Below the pieces are notes generated by a model, which saw only the letters and a list, made by a program, of their open reading frames with translations, was not told the origin of the DNA and searched no databases. A stretch of 64,000 bases of DNA from Camelus dromedarius (Eukaryota). Location: positions 16,554,001-16,618,000 of the forward strand of contig NC_087473.1 of NCBI RefSeq assembly GCF_036321535.1. Direction: 5' to 3'. This document shows positions 10,873-22,888 of this stretch, piece after piece. The position numbers were made by a program, and so were the translations under genes. Numbering within the stretch: position 1 is the first letter of the stretch; the number at the start of each line of letters is the position of its first letter.

Positions 10873-13657
10873 TGCAGCCTAAAGTCATCACGCGTTCATT
10901 GAGGGCCAGCGGTGGGGTATTCCTAGCAACACACATACATGGGCTGATTCAGATCAGCGACTGCACGAGGGGCGGGCCTGAGGTGGTCCAGCTGCTAAGC
11001 CGTGGAGTCAAAGATGAGGCCTCGGGGGCTGCCAGGGCAGGTCCTGGGCGCCGTGGGGTTCTGCGTCTTACATCAGGACAGCTGTGCGTCCGTGTGCCTG
11101 GCGTCCTGCTGCAGACCTCATGCACACACATGGGTTCTTCTTCCCTCAGACCTCTGCCCCCTTCTTAAGGAATTTCCCCACCCCTTCGGGTCAGCACGCC
11201 CTCCTGAAGCCACTCTCTTTGTTTGCTGCAGTTGCTGTATGTATATCTGTTACCCATGAGTGAGGTGCTGCCCTGGGCAGACTGGTCCCCAGAGCGGCTC
11301 ACAGTCGGAGGCACCTGCTTGCGGCCCATCTTCACAGCCGACAAAGATGACATAAGAGGGTGGCCTTGAACGCGCTGCCCCTTTGTGTGGCTGCGGCAGT
11401 GAAAGGAGGAGGCTGCTGCCTTTCTCCCTGCTCCAGGCCGTCCTCCCGTTGCCAGGTGCCCTGTTCACAGAGCCGTGGCGTTTCCAGGTTTCCCGGTGCG
11501 TGTGGAGACAAAGTTCATGTGGCTGGCTTTGCCGGAGAGCAGTTGCAGTGAAAGCGAGGAAGAGCAGGGCACCACCGTCCGGCGCCCGCCTGTGCAGGAG
11601 TTCCCCTCGCGTGGCCCCCAGGCTCTGCACGGAGCTGGAGCATCCCTGCGTTCCCGCGCTGCCCTGTCTGTGCTAGACTTGTCGGGGAGAACTGGGCAAG
11701 CACCGCCTCTACCCTAGTTACTAACCCACGTTTCTTTGTGCAGGTGTGTGACTTGCAGGAATGAAACCTCCCCTGTCCTGTTTCTTAGGCAGACACGGTC
11801 AGGGGTTTGGGGTTGAGCGTGGTGTAACGGGCCAGGAAGGGGTCACCGGGCTCCCGGCTGGGGAGGCACCCCACATCCTGTACTTGGACTTGTCTTCCAA
11901 GTACGGGAAACAGTTGCAAAGAGGCTTGTGGAAATAGGACACGCTTTCTCTTTGACGCAGTGCAGGCGCCAGCACGTGGGGGCGGTGAGCCTCAAAGGTC
12001 AAGGGCGTTTCACGTGGTTGTTAAGTCCCCAGAGAGAGTCACGGTTGCCGTGGGGAATTTATTATGCTGTGGGTGTCCGCAGATGCATTCGGTGCAGCAG
12101 CAGTAACGGGAAAGCAGTAGAAAGCACGTAGCAAGAAAGGGGACGTTTCTGTTAAGAAATCACTTACCATTTTACTAGGAGAAGATGCCTCACAGAGCTG
12201 GCATTTAGTAAGTTTTCATTACTAAATGAAAAGCGTGTTCTTCTAAGTTAACTTATGTATCATTCTTTTTTTTTTTTTTAATGTATCATTCTTTTGTATT
12301 TAAAATACGCGGTCCTCATATGCCCTCTTCAGAAGTCCCCTTCACCCATCTTCATGCTCGCGAGCATCACTGAGTGCTTGCTGGGTGCCAAGGAGGCCTC
12401 GGCATGTGGGCGTCCCCCACTGACCCCAGGGGCCCCACGGGGCACAGGTTACCGTGGGCCAGGGGTTATCATCACCCCAGCCTTTACAGCACACAGGCGT
12501 CTGCAGGCTTCCAGACAGCCGGGGGACTCAGGGTCCTGGAGCAGGTGGAGGGACCAGGCCAGAGTCACCCCCAGCCCCCAGCCACGTGAGCTCTGCCACT
12601 CGAGTGCCTAGCCTGAAAAAGGCACATCTTTGTTGCAAGATAAAAATGATGGCATGTTCACACGTGATTTCCTGGGTTCTATTTAGTACATTACAAGTGA
12701 AACCTGAAATCCATCTTTTAAAACCGTAGCCATCGCGACTCTGTGTGTTTTCGTTCTCTTGCTAACGTTAAGGGCTGAGTTTCAGGGTCTTCTTTTGAAT
12801 TACTTTTTCTGTTTTGTTTTTGTCTTGAAGCAACTTCCGCACATTAAGCTTTTATATACCTAGAGAGTGAAAAGAAAAAAAATGAGCAAGTGAGTTCTGT
12901 TGAACTGCACAATGACTTTGCCATAAAAGCGCATTTCTTCGCAAACAGAAGTAACCACCTGAGTTGACTTTTCGGTACCTGAAATGGCAGTCGACATGTT
13001 TTACATAATCTCTTGACAAGGAAACATGTTCATTGAAAAAGTCATTGTCTGTGCCTCTTTTCAGTGTGCCTTGTGTCTGTGCCCAAAGTCCGCAGACAGA
13101 CGTAGGCTGTGGGCGTGTTCCTGACGTTTGTTACCCTCTGTGAAGCGCTTCTCCCCTCCCAGAATAGCAGGGGTCAAGTGTGCCCTTTGCTTCTGTCCAA
13201 TTTAAAGTTAACACTAGGCGGCCTGGAGCGCTGTGCTGGGCCTCTGCCCTGTGGGGGGTTCAGTGTTCTGTAGTCAGTCCTTCTCTTCCCAGCACCCCAG
13301 TATTAATGGGTGTGCAGCCATGCTGGAGCTCTTCGCGGGGGAGACGAGAGCCACTGGGTCCTAGTGGGCCACCTCGCGGGGCCTCAGGGACCCTTCAGCC
13401 TTGGCCATCACTGCCCAGGCCTCATGACCGTCTTCTCCTGTCACTCAGAACCCCTGAGCAAAATACAAGGGCCTCTGGTCATTGCCTTTGGTATGTATCT
13501 CCTGTCTCTTATCACCTGGTGTACCAGGACCTCCCTTTTTCATTAGAAGAAGATCTCAACGATTACCTTCATAATTCCTCCCCTTACACATCTTTTCTTT
13601 CATCGAATCTGCCTTTGCTTGGTGTCCCCTCTGAGCTTCTGTGGACGAGATTGCTTG

Positions 13658-14199
13658 TGGAGGAGGAAGAGCATTTTCTGTCCTCTCTTAGGTTCGGTCC
13701 TTGGGGGCTGTAAATTAAACTGACAGCTGACGTTAGCCAGAGAAAATACACATTTCTGTTTCTATAAGAACGAGGCAGTTCACAGAACAATGTGATTCAA
13801 GGCGGCAGTTAGAACCTGGGGCTTATATACCATCTTAATAGGGGCTTGGGACAGAGAAAGGGGCACTTCTGGAAGCACAAGTGACTTTTAGGGGAAAACA
13901 AATGGGCTCTTAGGAGAACAGGTGGGAGATAAGATAGCTGTAGGACGGCGTCTGTTCAGGTGATTTCTTCTCCAGGCGCTGACCTCTGCTGACTTCTTTT
14001 CAGCCATAAAAAGCCAACCTTCCCCAGGTGTGAAACTCCTGGGGAGGGGACTTATGACAGGTGAATTCTTTAGGGAGGCTTTGCTTTCAGGAAGATAAGG
14101 AGAATTTAGAGAAAGCCTCTTCCTGCAGCTGCTGATTCTCAAGTGTCTCCAGCTCAGAGTAATCCTTGGGTCCCCGTGGCATGTTCCAGAGCCCCTTCA
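13658..14199 (-). mobile_element. ERV1 solo LTR (MER34/MER89-like)
   Basis: Reverse complement begins tgaaggggctctggaacatgccac...aaggattactctgagctg; the other end reads ttttctgtcctctcttaggttc...gtaaattaaactgaca. Confidence 0.7.
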
Positions 14200-16113
14200 C
14201 CACCGAACGGCCCTGTTCTTTTCTTACCCAAGACTCCTTGCCTTCTTTGCTTCCTCCTCTGAATGTTTGCCATCTGGCTGGCCGAAGGCAAGGCCTCTGC
14301 TTGCTGAGCTCCCCGGCCTCCGCGTTCCTGAATGACCTCAAGTCCTGACTTCACCACCCACGTGGCCTCAGTGAGTCCTGGTCTCCAGGACCCTGGTCTG
14401 GTTCCCACTTTAACCAGCTGGTCCCACGCCAGGCGCCGTGATCCCTGGGTCGGGAGACCTCTTCCCCCTTCTCGTGCTCAGCCCACCTGCGGTCTAACTC
14501 ACGGACCCCTCTGATCTCGCCCCGGGAACCTGCAGCCTTCCTCCCAGCGCCTCCTCGTTCCTTCCCACCCGTGTGGCTCCAGTGCCTTGGTGTCCAGTCC
14601 AGCCCTCCTGCCCAGCGATGAGACCTGTTCCCTCTCACCTCCCCAGACCTTCATAGCGACTCCCCCTGCCGGCAGCACCGCTGAAATCCGGTCCGTAGCG
14701 CATGACCCTCTGATGACGGGTAAGTTATGCAGCCAGTCTGACATTTCCCAGTTGCCGTTAAGAAATGGGCTACCTGACATTCCATAGGTGGATACTGCGT
14801 AGCTGACAACTGCATTTGCAGTATCTAAAACCATAATTACCTGGAACTCACTGTGGCTGATGGAATGACGGGAGGGACCCACCCTCCCTGGACGGCAGAT
14901 GCGATAAACCTCCCACACAGGCTTCTTCCCAGATCACCTGACCCGCATGCCTCTCCGTTTTAACATCAAATAGTCATTGCCTTTGACCTGTTCCCGGCCC
15001 CTTCACGTCCCCCCAGTGGAACAAGCAGAAACAGTGGCCGCAGCATGTCCCTGGGCTGTCACCAAGGCTTAACCCAACAAGAGGTCTCCCCTGGGCCTCT
15101 CTGTCATGTTTCTGTTAGGTTTTGTTCAGTGTGACTCCTGGTAAATAGATCGCTAAGCAGTTAATTTTTCCTCATTCCTTGTATTCATACACACAGACAC
15201 ATACATCAAACAAAATGTGAATGGCTGAAATGATACGCCAGAAGCGACTTTTCTGTTACGGGGATTGGTAGCACGACTCGAGGGGCTCCTTTATAATTTA
15301 TTCAAATAATGCGGTGCTCCCAGTATGACGCCTAAGCATTTTCTCAGTTCGTCGTGTATTTGCACACGAGGGGGTAAAATCTCGTATCGCCGTTTCAAAG
15401 AATGACAGTTCTCATTAGGTCGTCATCGCAGTGTGTGCATATGACCTGTCTATTTTAAGCCACCAGCACAGAGTGAAAATGTGACAGGACTCCAGGTATG
15501 TGTAAGGGTGAGCTGTATCTCGGGATTTCTAAAAAATTAACTGAACAGTCATGCCCACGCATAATCTTGTTAGACACACTCAATTCTGCTGGAAGAGGGG
15601 AGCGATGACGTTGAACTGACAGTGCTGAGAATTTCTTCCTAATTCCATAGTTTTGCCTTTGGAATGTTTCTGAAACACTGGAATGATAGTGTTGTTATGG
15701 TCCGATTCCGCCTCAGTGTCCCCAGTTCCTCACAGCCCCCGTGACGTGTAAACCGCTTAGCCTGGCTGCTCCTTCCTATGCTGGTTACTCCAGGATTCCT
15801 CTTAGCTTTCTCGTCTGAGTTACTGGCGTACCATCGGCACCTGCTGGTGTGAAAAAATGTCTTTCTACAAAGGCTCCTTGGGGACTGACAGTGAATAAAA
15901 TGCCCGAGACACACTGGACTGGTCACACGCTAGGTTAAAGAGATGCTCAGTTAACAGTCCCCAGTAATTTCTAAGGAAGGGTGGCCTTTAACAAACTCAA
16001 GGGTGATTTTCTCAAGGTTGTTAAAGACCATCCTCGGAAAGTGTGTCCAGAATGGATACGTCCCCATCATTTTGCCCGTTTAAACTAGGGTGACTAAGTC
16101 ATCTCAATTAGCT

Positions 16114-16332
16114 GGACCTAATCCCGGGCCAGCGGGGACGGCTGGTCACCCACTGGCCGGACCTAATCCTGGGCCAGCGGGGACGGCTGGTCACCCACTG
16201 GCCGGACTTAATCCCGGGCCAGTGGGGACGGCTGGTCACCCAGTGGCCGGACCTAATCCCGGGCCAGTGGGGATGTCTGGTCACCCATTGGCCGGACCTA
16301 ATCCCGGGCCAGTGGGGACAGCTGGTCACCCC
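16114..16332. repeat. 45-bp minisatellite, about 4.9 units
   Basis: Unit GGACCTAATCCCGGGCCAG(C/T)GGGGACGGCTGGTCACCCACTGGCC starting at 16114, 16159, 16204, 16249 and 16294. Confidence 0.97.
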
Positions 16333-16779
16333 CATTCAGTCCGGACTTGGCAATAGCTTGTCTGAACTGCTTCCAAGAGGGTCCAGTTCTCTTCAAGGGG
16401 TGCTGGGGCTCTTGGACCAGTTACTCTTTAGTGTCCTCCTGATGCTGAGAGTCTCGGTCATGAACCGGAGGAAGGCAGACCCCTCACTGTCTTCTAAAAC
16501 GTGGCATCGCCGGCCCCTGGATGAACGCGCAAGTAACCAGGAAGTGAATTCTGCACAAGTGAAGTGGACTGGCCATTTGGTTGGGAGTTTCTTGCCAGGA
16601 TCCTTTTTCTGGGCCGTCAGCAAGTTGGACCATGGTTTGTTTTGTTAGCTGAAGGCCTCTTAGCACAACCAGAAGGCACAGTGGTTGTACGTTGTTTTAT
16701 TCTTTCCACCATCATCTGGGTGTACCTAGGAAGCTAGACTTTGACTTCTGACGCTTAACCTTAGACTAGTGACCCGTGT

Positions 16780-17310
16780 TCCTCTTCACTGCTGCCGTAA
16801 CACGTAACACACAAGCATAGTGGCTTACCACAACGCAGACTTCTATCTCACAGTTCCGTAGGGCACACTCCCAGGCCTGGCATAGCAGGGCCTTCTGGTC
16901 CGAGTGTCACAAGCGTGGAACCAAGATGGTGGCTGGCTGGACTCCGCACAGGAGGTGCCAGGGGAGCACCCACTCTGTAGCTTATCCGGTGGAATCCAGC
17001 TCCCTGCAGGATGGGACTGAGGTCCCTGCTCCTGGCTGCATGTCACCGGGCTTCACCTGCAGCTCCTAGATGCCTCACTCTGGTCCTTGCCGTGGGCCCT
17101 GCGTCTCGGAGCCAGCAGTGGTGCATCAGACTCTTCCTACTCTTCTTGAAATCACTCCTTCTGCAGCATCTCCCCTACTCCAGCCATAAAAATTCTCTGT
17201 GTGGAGGGCACACCTGATTAGACGAGGCCCACCCATTTAGTCCAGGCGCCTCCCTGTCTCCAGGTCCACAACCTGAATCCCATCTGCAAGGTCCCTTTAA
17301 CCGTCTAAGG
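16780..17310 (-). mobile_element. MaLR solo LTR (MLT1E/F/G-like)
   Basis: tagtggcttaccacaacgcagacttctatctcacagttcc...atgggactgaggtccctg...gattagacgaggcccaccca...cccatctgcaaggtccc. Confidence 0.7.
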
Positions 17311-19634
17311 GACCGTCACCCCCTGGCTGCCCCAATGCCCCTGGTCTCCAGGTCACAAGGGGGCCAATATCCACACTTGCAGGCCAGTCTGGGTCCAGCA
17401 TAGAGGACCACACATCCCACAGGGGTGACGTATCGGTGAGGTGAGTCGGAGGTCCTTCCTGCCACTGTTCAATGAGATGGAGGAACTGAGTCAGCGGCTA
17501 AAATGATGTAAACCTATGAGCAGATAAAGCCATGAAAGGTTGAGGCATGTTCAGTCCACTCATTTGTCCTCAGCCAGGGTAGAGGAAGATTGCTGATGGA
17601 ATGCAGTATTTATCAGTCCTTTCCTTTGACCTGCCCCCCAACCCCCAGACAGTATTATTGTTACTACGTTCCTTTTTTGAAGGTAAATATACTTCCGTTG
17701 TTCATTTTACCAGCAGCTACAAGTACCTGCGGCCTGTGATCAGTCAGGCATGTGTTGGGGGTACTGGGGGACCACTGGGAACCCCCAGTCCTGGGTAGCT
17801 CTGTGGCTGTCACTCCACCATGCTGAGCATCTGCTGGGTGGTCTCCAGGAAGCAGAAAACCCAGGGTGTGGCTCTGTGGTCGCACAGGGATCCCTGTGAC
17901 ACAAAGGGCTGGGTCAGCTGGGGCCCTTAGTTAACAGATATCCCCCCACACCGTTTGCAAACCCCAGGAACAGCCTCAGAAACTCAGGGCTTGCCCTTTA
18001 TACTACTAGAGAATTTTTCTCGGCCCGCATGGACCCAGGATCCCTCCCCAGTGGCCCTACGCCTGCCTTCAGGGGTGTGATGCCCGCTCTGCAGCGTCCC
18101 CCGCCTCTGCCCAGCGATGCCCCACTTCCCACCCACCCCTTGCCCGGCTCCAGCACATCCTTACTATTCTCCAGACCGCTGGTCCCACTCTTGGGCTGAG
18201 GCTCTCTGTGAATCCCAGGTTACTGGAGGGGAAGGAGGGTGCCTCCTCCGTATCCGAAGACTGAGAAGATGTTACACTCCTCCCCACCAAGAGGACAGGG
18301 ACAACGGACAGGACATGCTCCCTGTGACCTGCCACATGCCCCCTTGGACACCTTTTGTCCTCAGGAGGCTGCAGACGGAAGGCACCTCCCAGGTCTCCTT
18401 ACGTTCCGTCCACTTCCCTTTCTAATGAAATAAAAGTGTGACCTACATGTTAGAGCCGGTGGACATTTGAACTGAAAATTTGCCTCATCTGATTTTACTT
18501 ATCGTAAGCAGTGTACGTTAAAGTCATTCTGCACAGGTGAGGTTCAGAACACTCTGAGAAAACACAGACAGTGAATTTATTTGCATTCATGTGAATCATG
18601 CCACTGTCAGGCATTTTGTCTTCAAACTTTCCCCAGTATGGTCCTCAGAGCGCTGGTTTTGGGGACCTTCATTGGTTTTTTCTGAAAACAGACTTTCATG
18701 GTTGGGAAACTTCTCCATCAACGTTGAAACAACAGATTTATCCAGGGCGGTCCTTCTGGGAACTTGTTTGTGCTAATTGTACATCAGAACGTCCAGTCCC
18801 TCGGTGAATGTGATGAGGCTCGTTTTCACAAACAGTTTCTCTGGACTGCTGCATCAAAGAACATTCTGGAAACTTCGTACCTAATGACATCCTAGCAGAC
18901 AGTTGAGAAATGAACTGAGAGATGCTTAGAAAGGTTGCAGGCCTCCCCTGGAATCCAGCACATCGTTGTTTCCACACATGCTGACTTGGCAACGGTTGTG
19001 TATAAAAACCGGCTTTCGTCTGGTCGGTGGGCACTCGGTGTGTGCGCAGGACGGAGAGCCCAGGCACCTTTGTGAACGTAAAGCAGATCCTGGAGGGCCT
19101 GCCTTCAAGGACCTGTCGTCATCAGTGGGCAGGTTGCTGGGCCATAAACAACAGGTGTTGGCATCCCGCGGACTGAAAGGAGGCCTCGGGCATTGGCGGC
19201 GGTGACACATCACCCCTGGAGCAGCAGCTCGGCCGTCCGCCCATTTGGCAACGATGGATTTGACCCCCTCCAGGTCCAGCAGTGACTGAGGCCTTCCCTG
19301 TGTGTGTGTGTCACTCCCCACGAGGGCTGGCGGCCCCTCCGGTACACGGCGTTGCCGGCAGTGAGGAAAATCACTTCCGCAGGTCGGCACAGGCACCCTC
19401 TGTCCCGTGATAATCCTGTTTGTTGCTTAAGCCTCTTTAGGAGCTACGCCCAAAGGCAGACAAACCGAGCCGTGCTGCTGCTGTTGGAGGCGTTCATGGA
19501 GTCAGGGCATCCTGGAAACGTTTGCTTCCTCTCCCCAGACCATGGGCAGTTTTGATCTAAGACGTGTACAGGCACTTCCTCTGAGGAAGTGCTGATTGGA
19601 AACTGCATACAACCGACTGTCCTGCATACAGCAC

Positions 19635-19997
19635 GAGTGTGCGCTGGCTGCCGGCCCCAGCACCACACACCTGCAGCCTCAACAGCACACGCGTGTGTCC
19701 TCGCTGCTCCTGGCCCCGGCAGTCCAGTGTGAGGGCTGTGGCTGGTTCTCTTCTGGGGACGGCTCGCTGCTGGGCTCCTGTGCCCCCACGTGGCCTTTCC
19801 TCTGAGTGGGGGGCGGGAAGAGGGCAGAGACAGCAGCTTCCCTCTTTCTCTTCTTGGAAGGACACTACCCCCTAACTGGTTAGGGCCCCCCTTGGGACTC
19901 GTGTCACCTTAAAATCCTTCTGGGGACTCTATCTCCAAATAGATTGGGTGTTAAGGTAGAGCATTTGAGTTTGGGGAAACACAGTTCAGCCTATAGT
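19635..19997 (-). mobile_element. MaLR solo LTR (MLT1A-like), strongly GC-shifted
   Basis: cacgtggcctttcctctg...tctcttcttggaaggacactacccc...tctccaaatag...ttggggaaacacagttcagcctat. Confidence 0.65.
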
Positions 19998-20694
19998 ATA
20001 TATTTAGGAGTATTAGTCATGTCGGTGGATCATCTTCAAGGCTGTTGTCATAGTTGACTCTTAACATGCGAAACTAACAGGGGCCTTGGGGCCCACCTGT
20101 GTTTCACATGTGTCTTGGTAAAGGTCGAGGAAAGGGACGTGACTGCATATTTACTTGACTACATAGAGGAAGTAGGAAGAGGAAAAAGGATTCTGTTGAC
20201 CATGCAGAACTCTCAACACTTGTTTTAAGACTCTTTAAAGTACTTGGCGCCTTTGCAAGCTTCTCTGGGCTTTCTAGTGGTTGCTGACAAATCGGTGGAC
20301 ACAATCTGTATTATTAAAAGGGAAAATAAGAGAAAGTTTTCTGAGCTATCTTAAAGTCCTTTGCTCAGCACTTAATTTACATGCATGCACTTTAAAACAG
20401 ACACTGAGGGTGCCTCACAATGTAGTTTTCATGAATAAAGTGACAATGCCTTAGGAAGCCTGCCACCCATGCCCACAGAGTTGTTAAATCCTACATTTCT
20501 TCAAAAGCTTTTCTCAAAAGGAAGAGGCATCAATTTGGTGGTGTGATTCATTCATGTATGTAGCCTGCAGCTCTAGAGGATTTGGTTATAAATATGTTTA
20601 TGTCAGTACTGGTTTTATTATTTTTATTTTCAGAGTCAAGTTAACTCAGTAAAACAATAGCATAGCACAGCCATAACAGACCATAGCACAGCTA

Positions 20695-20965
20695 TAGATA
20701 GGTGGGTGGCTGGGTGGGTAAGTAGGTAGGTAGATAGATAGGGATGGGTACATGGGTGGATGGTTACTTTGATAGACACATGGGTGGATGGATGGATGCA
20801 TGGATGGTGGATGCATGAATGGGTGGACGGATGGGTGGATGGATGGATGGATGGGTGGCTAGATGGATGAATAGATGGTAGAAGAGTGGATGGATGGATA
20901 GAGAGATGGTGGATGGATGGATGGGTGAATGGTTGTGTGGATGGATGGATGGTGGATGCCTGGAA
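20695..20965. repeat. (GGAT/GGGT)n simple repeat running into an assembly gap
   Basis: Read directly. Confidence 0.95.
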
Positions 20966-21120
20966 NNNNNNNNNNNNNNNNNNNNNNNNNNNNNNNNNNN
21001 NNNNNNNNNNNNNNNNNNNNNNNNNNNNNNNNNNNNNNNNNNNNNNNNNNNNNNNNNNNNNNNNNNNNNNNNNNNNNNNNNNNNNNNNNNNNNNNNNNNN
21101 NNNNNNNNNNNNNNNNNNNN
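20966..21120. other. Assembly gap (155 N)
   Basis: N run. Confidence 1.
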
Positions 21121-22888
21121 ACATAAACAAAAGTACTAATTTACAACAAAATGCATGCAAAGCTCAGTCATTTTTACAACAGTACCTAAAGTTTACTAGT
21201 TAAGTGTATATATTGTGTCATAATATTGTGGTGCTTATTTATAGGTAGTTCACTGTCTGGCACAGAACATGAAGACAAATAAAACTTAAACCTTAGATAT
21301 GAGTGCTCTTGACAAAAAATTGATCAAACGTAACATTTAAGACATCAAAGTTTTGATGTCTCACAGTGTGAAAATTGAATTTGATATTACAAAATTAATG
21401 TATGGAGTCCAATCTACTGCAAAAAGTGATACAATGAAAGTTTCAACTTAAAAGTAGTGGTTAAGTCGAAAATTGTCTTAGTGATTAGATTTGGATCATA
21501 CCTGGCTTCACATATAATGAATAATCACGGGCGTTGCTTTCAGAGGTACTGAAATTTGCATACACACAATGCCAGGTCCTCTGAGACTCATGACAGTGAA
21601 CCAGAGTGACCTCAGGTCAAATTTTGTGTTTTACCTGGCAAAAGGAAAAGCTTTGCTCCCTAGACAGGACATAGTCCCATGTAAAAAGTTCATGAGTTCC
21701 AGAAAAGTGTATGACTTAAAAATGGGACACGTGTAATTGTTTAAAACATAAAATTAATTACCAAGTGTCACCTCAGATCTGGACAGTGTTTGTCTTGGAG
21801 AACTGCAGGGAGCAGGGGAGCAGGACTGATGACTGAGTCCTTGTTGGCCTGGGCTGAGGAGGAGAAGCACGGTGGGGACGGTGACTCTGCACACAGGTGG
21901 GAGCCCCTGGAAGTAAGAGGGGAGGGGCCCCGGGCCATGTGATGACACACCTGATCCTATGAGGAACCTGGCATCGCCACGGGGCTGCCCCTCACCTGGC
22001 CCCTCCGCTGCCTCTCCTGGCTCCCCCTCAGACCCCGCTGTCCCTGGGGCTTCCTCCATCCTGGGTCCTCGCTCACTGTGGAAAACTGAGATTGCCCAGA
22101 CCCTGTCTCCCTCTTTCCCTCCTCGTCTCCATCTTTCCCTCCTCCTCTTTACAGCTCCACACCCAGCCCACCTCCACTCACCCAGGACGTGGGGAGGCCC
22201 CTCATCTCTCTACCTGACCCTCCCACAGTGGCCTCAAACCCAGGGTGTGACAAAGCAGGCTCTCCTTCCCTGCACAGAATGATGGCCCCAGTGCCCTCCA
22301 CATCAGAGAGCTGGGAATCTCCTTTGCCCCAGCATGCAGCATATCATCCATCAAACTCTGTTGCTTCCAGAGGATTTCCCTAATTCCATCGGCTTCTATC
22401 CGTTCTCTCCACCACTGTCAGACAAGAACTCTATTTTGTGCAACTTCTTAGTTATCAAGTGGGCCGTCTCACTCGTAGGATCCTCACCTTTAAAGGACCT
22501 TCTGCCTCCCTGGGTGGTTCAGACAAGCGCCTGGGTGAAGATCGTGGACACTGGCCATCTTCCAGGGCACTGCTGGACCCAGGCATCTTCAGAGAAGGTG
22601 GTGCAGTCCCTCCGGGAGCTGAGCCTACGAACCACTTCGCTTCACCTCCCCAGTAGTTGGAAATGTCATTCTTTCTAAATTAAACCCTTCAAGCTACAGT
22701 TTAATTAAGCTCATCTGCTCTCCTGGAGATGGAATTCAGATATATTTTAGCCTTCAGCTTGGTAAAGTGAAAAGAGCAGTAGATTCTGGAGAGCCGGGCG
22801 CTGTTCCTACATTCTGTCACCTGCGTGCTGCTGTGACCTTCAGCTCCCCTCTGAGCTCCCCTTGGCTCAGGCCCCTCACCCTTGACAG

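Noticed and set aside
12831-12889. Another cryptic exon (AAG acceptor, CAA|GTGAGT donor)
   Set aside because: The acceptor is non-optimal and such site pairs are expected by chance in an 18-kb intron; nothing else supports it.
14711-14777. Box C/D snoRNA (TGATGA at 14711; CTGA at 14738 and 14774)
   Set aside because: The C box lacks the leading purine, and there is no terminal stem or recognisable guide sequence. Similar lone C boxes at 5761 and 45585 have no D box nearby.
16090-16356. CRISPR-like array, or collagen-like ORF (AGPNPGPAGTAGHPL)n
   Set aside because: Units are head-to-tail with no unique spacers and there are no cas genes in this mammalian context. The ORF is just a 45-bp GC-rich repeat that lacks stops.
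18579-18586. Octamer ATTTGCAT (also at 21554, 28103 reverse, and 58994)
   Set aside because: About four copies in 64 kb is near chance expectation, and they are not clustered.
20636-21203. ORFs containing X runs (also near 37.1, 41.4, 50.9, 56.4 and 57.4 kb)
   Set aside because: Artefacts of N gaps and simple repeats.
21121-21570. Decayed hAT transposase fragment
   Set aside because: The AT-rich composition is suggestive, but I found no terminal inverted repeats or convincing transposase motif. A Dfam search is needed.
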